This document shows, piece by piece, positions 60,040 to 64,000 of a stretch of DNA of 64,000 nt; the stretch's first letter is position 1, and every line of letters starts with the position of its first letter. This DNA is from Armatimonadota bacterium (GTDB lineage: Bacteria > Armatimonadota > UBA5829 > DSUL01): positions 160,001 through 224,000 of the forward strand of contig JBDHZC010000004.1 of assembly GCA_039811685.1 (NCBI GenBank), given 5' to 3'. Below the pieces are notes generated by a model. The model saw only the letters and a program-made list of their open reading frames with translations. It did no database searches and was not told where the DNA came from. The translations under genes were made by a program, and so were the position numbers.

Positions 60040-60507
60040 GTGCCTTCAGAAGTTTTGGAGACTGTGGAGAACCGAAGCCGCAGTGGGTGCGGGTGCCGGA
60101 ACGGGCTGCTTAGATGCCTGGTCGCCCTGTTCATCATGGCGGCAGTAGGCTTTGGCGCCTTCTACTGGGTTGTGGCACAGATTTCCAGGGATCTCGATCG
60201 CTACAGTGTCCGCATGACGGCCCCCTCGCCGGACGGACGCTTTGTCGCAAGTGTTGTGACGCATGGCTTCGGCGCGTCTGTCTCTCATAAAGAGGTAGGC
60301 GTCTATCTGCGCCCGCAGGAGCAGGAACCCGTCTATCAGGACCGCGCGGACTATGTTTTGTATGGAAAGCGCGACGATCTGACTGTGCGCTGGGCCTCCT
60401 CCGAGACGCTGGTAATTACGTTGCCTCCTGCTGGCCCCAGGTCCGAGTTTACCGTGTATCGAACTGTCTGGAGGAAGATCAAAATCAAGTACGTCTCCCG
60501 GCAGTAA
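60040..60507 (+). CDS. Hypothetical single-TM protein
   Basis: GGAGGT RBS; TM followed by an SPDG...V.W...L.I beta-rich domain. Confidence 0.65.
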   Translation: MPSEVLETVENRSRSGCGCRNGLLRCLVALFIMAAVGFGAFYWVVAQISRDLDRYSVRMTAPSPDGRFVASVVTHGFGASVSHKEVGVYLRPQEQEPVYQDRADYVLYGKRDDLTVRWASSETLVITLPPAGPRSEFTVYRTVWRKIKIKYVSRQ

Positions 60508-60564
60508 ACATCCGGGAACCACTTTCAGATATGCGGAGTTATTCCTGCGGAGGAGCAATCCGAG

Positions 60565-62802
60565 ATGGCCGTCCAAGAGCACAGCGTCCATACCGCCCCT
60601 GAGGGCGAAGTTTGCGATCTGAGTATCGGTGGAATGCACTGCGCGTCGTGTGTGGCTAACGTCGAGCGCGCTTTGAAAAAAGTCCCCGGCGTCGAGTCTG
60701 CTTCTGTCAATTTTGCGACGCAGGAAGCCCGCGTTCACACCTCTTCGCATGTCAGCCCTGACGTCCTCGCGCAGGCGGTGCACAAGGCTGGCTATGAGGC
60801 GGAAGTCATCGTGCCGGAAAGCGCTGGGCACGACCATTCCCATATGCGCGATGAGTACCCGGACACCGTCCGCAGCTTCAGAACCGCCGCCGTTCTGACC
60901 GTTCCAGTTTTCATCCTTGGGATGTTCTTTATGAACTGGTATCCGGGGCACTGGATATCGCTTGTACTGACTACGCCCGTCGTTTTCTGGTCCGGGCGCG
61001 GGTTCTATACGGGTGCGTGGGCGGCGCTGCGCCACAAGTCTTCGGACATGAACACGCTGATTGCGATGGGCACGTTCGCGGCGTACGCCTACAGTCTGGT
61101 TGCGCTGGTGGCGCCCGGTCTGCTGCACTCGATGGGTGGTCATCCCCATGTGTACTTTGAGACAGCCGCCGTCATCACGACTCTGATTCTCTTTGGCCGG
61201 ATGCTGGAAGCCCGGGCGCGCGGGGAGGCCTCCACCGCTATCCGCAGTCTGATGGAACTCCAGGCAAGAACCGCGCGGGTTGTTCGCGGTGGGCAGGAAG
61301 TGGATATTCCTGTGGAGCAGGTCGTCACGGGTGACCTGGTCATTGTCCGCCCGGGGGAGAAGGTGCCGGTTGACGGTGTTATCACAGAAGGCGCTTCTTC
61401 GCTTGATGAGTCTCTCATGACCGGAGAGTCCGTGCCTGTTGAGCGCGGAGTAGGCGATGAGGTCATTGGAGGCACGCTAAACGCCGCGGGCTCTTTCACG
61501 TGCAAAGTCACGCGCGTTGGGCGGGAGACCGCCCTGCAGCAGATTGTGGAGCTGGTGCGCCAGGCTCAGAGTGAGAAAGCGCCCATCCAACGCCTGGCGG
61601 ACCTTATCAGCGCCTGGTTTGTCCCCACCGTCATCGCTATTGCCGTTGTTACTTTTCTCGTCTGGTACAACGTGCGTCCGGTAGACACTCGCTTGACGGA
61701 TGCATTGGTCTCCTTCGTCGCTGTTCTCATTATCGCCTGTCCCTGCGCTCTTGGGCTTGCCACTCCGGCGGCCATTATGGTCAGCAGCGGCGTTGGCGCG
61801 AAGCTTGGCATTCTCATCAAAGGCGGAGAAATCCTCGAGCGGGCAGGGCGCATCCAGACCGTAATACTGGACAAAACTGGCACTATAACGTCCGGAACAC
61901 CGCAGGTGACAGATGTCATTGGATTTGGAATAGAGCGCCTGGACGCGCTGCGGCTGGCCGCTGCTGTTGAGCGCCGCTCCGAACATCCCATCGGCGAGGC
62001 CATCGTACGCGCGGCTGAGTCAGAGGGCGCCGTACTTCCGGACCCTTCCGATTTTCAGTCTCTAGCGGGCTTTGGTGTTTCTGCAGCAGTAGAAGGCCAA
62101 TCTGTTCAGGTCGGTAGTGTGCGGATGAACGCCACGCAAGGGGACCTGCCGGACAGCGTTCAGACGCAGGCCAGAACCCTGGCTGCTGATGGCAAGACTC
62201 CTGTGGTCCTCTGGGTGGAAGGCCGGCCCCTGGCTCTGATCGCCGTTGCGGACACCGTCAAACCGGGCTCTGCTGACGCTGTGTGCCACCTGAAAGCCCT
62301 TGGGGCAAAGGTAGTAATGCTCACAGGTGATGACCGCCGCACAGCGCAGGCTGTGGCGGACCAGGTTGGCATCCAGCACGTTCTTGCGGAAGTTCCGCCG
62401 GATGGCAAGGCTACTCAGGTGAAAGCCGAACAGGCCACTGGCGCAGTGGTCGCGATGGTGGGGGACGGAGTGAACGATGCTCCTGCGCTGGCGCAGGCGG
62501 ACGTAGGTATCGCTATTGGCGCCGGAGCGGACGTAGCGCTGGAAGCCTCCGACATCACTCTGATGCGTGGAGACCTTTCAGACGTTGTGAACGCTGTGCG
62601 CCTCTCACGAGCTACACTCTCCACTATCAAGCAAAATCTCTTCTTCGCCTTTATCTACAACGCCATTGGGATTCCCGTAGCCGCCGGCGTTCTCTACCCG
62701 GTTACCGGCTGGCTCCTCAATCCGATGATCGCCTCCCTTGCCATGGCCATGAGCTCCGTCTCCGTCGTCACCAACAGCCTGCGCCTGCGCGGGTTCAGGT
62801 AG
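60565..62802 (+). CDS. copA: Copper-translocating P1B-type ATPase
   Basis: GMHCASC metal-binding domain; [24 protein letters not shown] and MAMSS motifs. Confidence 0.95.
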   Translation: MAVQEHSVHTAPEGEVCDLSIGGMHCASCVANVERALKKVPGVESASVNFATQEARVHTSSHVSPDVLAQAVHKAGYEAEVIVPESAGHDHSHMRDEYPDTVRSFRTAAVLTVPVFILGMFFMNWYPGHWISLVLTTPVVFWSGRGFYTGAWAALRHKSSDMNTLIAMGTFAAYAYSLVALVAPGLLHSMGGHPHVYFETAAVITTLILFGRMLEARARGEASTAIRSLMELQARTARVVRGGQEVDIPVEQVVTGDLVIVRPGEKVPVDGVITEGASSLDESLMTGESVPVERGVGDEVIGGTLNAAGSFTCKVTRVGRETALQQIVELVRQAQSEKAPIQRLADLISAWFVPTVIAIAVVTFLVWYNVRPVDTRLTDALVSFVAVLIIACPCALGLATPAAIMVSSGVGAKLGILIKGGEILERAGRIQTVILDKTGTITSGTPQVTDVIGFGIERLDALRLAAAVERRSEHPIGEAIVRAAESEGAVLPDPSDFQSLAGFGVSAAVEGQSVQVGSVRMNATQGDLPDSVQTQARTLAADGKTPVVLWVEGRPLALIAVADTVKPGSADAVCHLKALGAKVVMLTGDDRRTAQAVADQVGIQHVLAEVPPDGKATQVKAEQATGAVVAMVGDGVNDAPALAQADVGIAIGAGADVALEASDITLMRGDLSDVVNAVRLSRATLSTIKQNLFFAFIYNAIGIPVAAGVLYPVTGWLLNPMIASLAMAMSSVSVVTNSLRLRGFR

Positions 62803-62809
62803 GCAACCC

Positions 62810-62884
62810 TCACACGTCGTACACCTTCAGCACCTCGTCGCCGTAGTGGTTGATGACTTTGACGGCGATTTTGCCGGACCGCGA
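62810..62884 (-). pseudogene. Orphan 3' end of a type III R-M Mod (DNA methyltransferase) gene
   Basis: Minus strand encodes SRSGKIAVKVINHYGDEVLKVYDV*, matching the G[RK]IAVKVI[ND]xxGxE C-terminus of type III Mod subunits; no start codon. Confidence 0.7.
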
Positions 62885-62908
62885 TGCTGGCGAAATCCTT
62901 GGCGTTCC

Positions 62909-64000
62909 TTACAGGATATCTATGTCGTCAGTTGTCAATGACTGGCCAGTGGGTTTGACTTCCTCTCCTTTCTGCCTGACGCTGACACTGCGCCCGATCT
63001 CCGGTTCTAGCCATTCAAGCTGCGGCAGCGGAGTTCCACTTGTACTCATATACACCCAGTCCTGTGCGCGTGTAGTGCCAACAAAAAGGAGATCCTCTGG
63101 CGGTGTGGGCACGTTCTCAAAGCGGTGCCACGAGAGGTAAGGCATGAAAACACTGTTGAATGTGAGTCCTTTTGCCGAGTAGTAGGTCATCACTTTTGGA
63201 GCGTCTGATGTGTGGTCCGCCTCTTTATTAAACTCAGCTGGGATTCCCGCTTCCTGCAGACCCTTGGTGTTTCCGATCGCTAGACGGTTTGTGGGTACAA
63301 GAATTGCAACTCGCTCTCCCATGTTCACCCGCTCTCGAACAAGTCGGATCAGATTCTCCGACTCGTCGTGGTAGTCTGCTGCTTTGTACAGGACCACCGT
63401 TTCGCTCTGCTTGGTTGGGGTGTATTTCTGTGCCAGGAACTTCCCTCGCTCAGCCTCGTCGAGTAGGAAACACGCTGCCGCATTATGAACGTGGGGGCAG
63501 CACCGGAAGGCATTGATAAGGGCTATATTCTCCTGCTTTAGCCCCAGGGCTTCCAGCACCTGCCGCTCGTCAGTACCCTCTTCGTAGAGTCGCTGCTTCT
63601 GATCCATCGCTACCATAAGATGTCGACTGATCAAGGTGAGCGTGCTCAAGGATTCGGCATCAATATCCTGTGCTTCGTCCACGAGAACAAACTCATACAG
63701 TGGGCGAGGTAATCGCCGGGCTAGTAGATGGCTTCTCACTGCAGCTCTCATCTCCGTGAACGCAGGACATCTATCATTTCTGTTCCATGGAAGCTGCCGG
63801 CCAATGTGGTCTCTGTAGTAATCGCAACACCAGCTGTCCCAGGTGCAAACACTATCTTCCGGGAGATCAATCAAAGTGGAGTCGGCCTGAATGTACTCTT
63901 TCAGCGCATTTGTATAGACAAACAACTTGAAACTGTCGGGAGGAAGACCGTACTTTGTTCGCAAATAGTCCGCGCGATGCACAAGAACCATGGACTTGCC
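62909..64000 (-). CDS. Compact SF1 (UvrD-like) helicase/ATPase, 5'-truncated by window edge
   Basis: Walker A end GKS at the window edge; Walker B VLVDEAQD; DQKQRLY, FRC, TYYSAKGLTF and LFVGTTRAQ motifs. Confidence 0.85.
   Translation of the reverse strand, partial: GKSMVLVHRADYLRTKYGLPPDSFKLFVYTNALKEYIQADSTLIDLPEDSVCTWDSWCCDYYRDHIGRQLPWNRNDRCPAFTEMRAAVRSHLLARRLPRPLYEFVLVDEAQDIDAESLSTLTLISRHLMVAMDQKQRLYEEGTDERQVLEALGLKQENIALINAFRCCPHVHNAAACFLLDEAERGKFLAQKYTPTKQSETVVLYKAADYHDESENLIRLVRERVNMGERVAILVPTNRLAIGNTKGLQEAGIPAEFNKEADHTSDAPKVMTYYSAKGLTFNSVFMPYLSWHRFENVPTPPEDLLFVGTTRAQDWVYMSTSGTPLPQLEWLEPEIGRSVSVRQKGEEVKPTGQSLTTDDIDIL

Noticed and set aside
1..64000. CRISPR array, tRNA/rRNA, integrase or intact transposase
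   Set aside because: No regularly spaced direct repeats, cloverleaf or rRNA signatures, or recombinase motifs were recognised by eye. A weak signal could have been missed.

Overview
Gene-dense, moderately GC-rich bacterial chromosome window. It is most consistent with an Armatimonadota-like diderm, inferred from a DUF1559/H-X9-DG prepilin-like gene, secreted proteins with a VWGKVT...DG[AS] C-terminal module, a GT9 gene plus an LCP gene, and HspR. Contents from left to right: purQ-purL-purF-purM-purN, then a sigma70 promoter, a ZMP/ZTP (pfl) riboswitch with its terminator, and purH; an inverted REP-like doublet; a sulfatase; two tandem secreted Gly-rich, Cys-patterned proteins separated by a ~200-nt multi-stem non-coding element; a DUF1080 gene and a Gfo/Idh/MocA-GT2-GT4 run; a partial complex I cluster (nuoB-nuoCD-nuoG-nuoI) with a Rex-like operator; pdhA-pdhB-lipA; an amber-interrupted prepilin-like gene; a GH29 fucosidase; a polysaccharide deacetylase; rodA head-to-head with an M16 peptidase pair; GT9; thpR-recA-ymdB; dut and an orphan GAF/PAS kinase; three small proteins; DUF1573-rhodanese-MauE/DoxX; ABC-2 transporter plus TPR protein; LCP; csp; a dnaK-hsp20-dnaJ-hspR operon with a HAIR-like operator; and copA. 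At the right edge, a compact SF1 helicase is followed in frame by an orphan type III R-M Mod C-terminus, probably the edge of a defence island. I recognised no tRNA, rRNA, CRISPR array or intact transposase. All family assignments come from motif recognition by eye; no searches were run.
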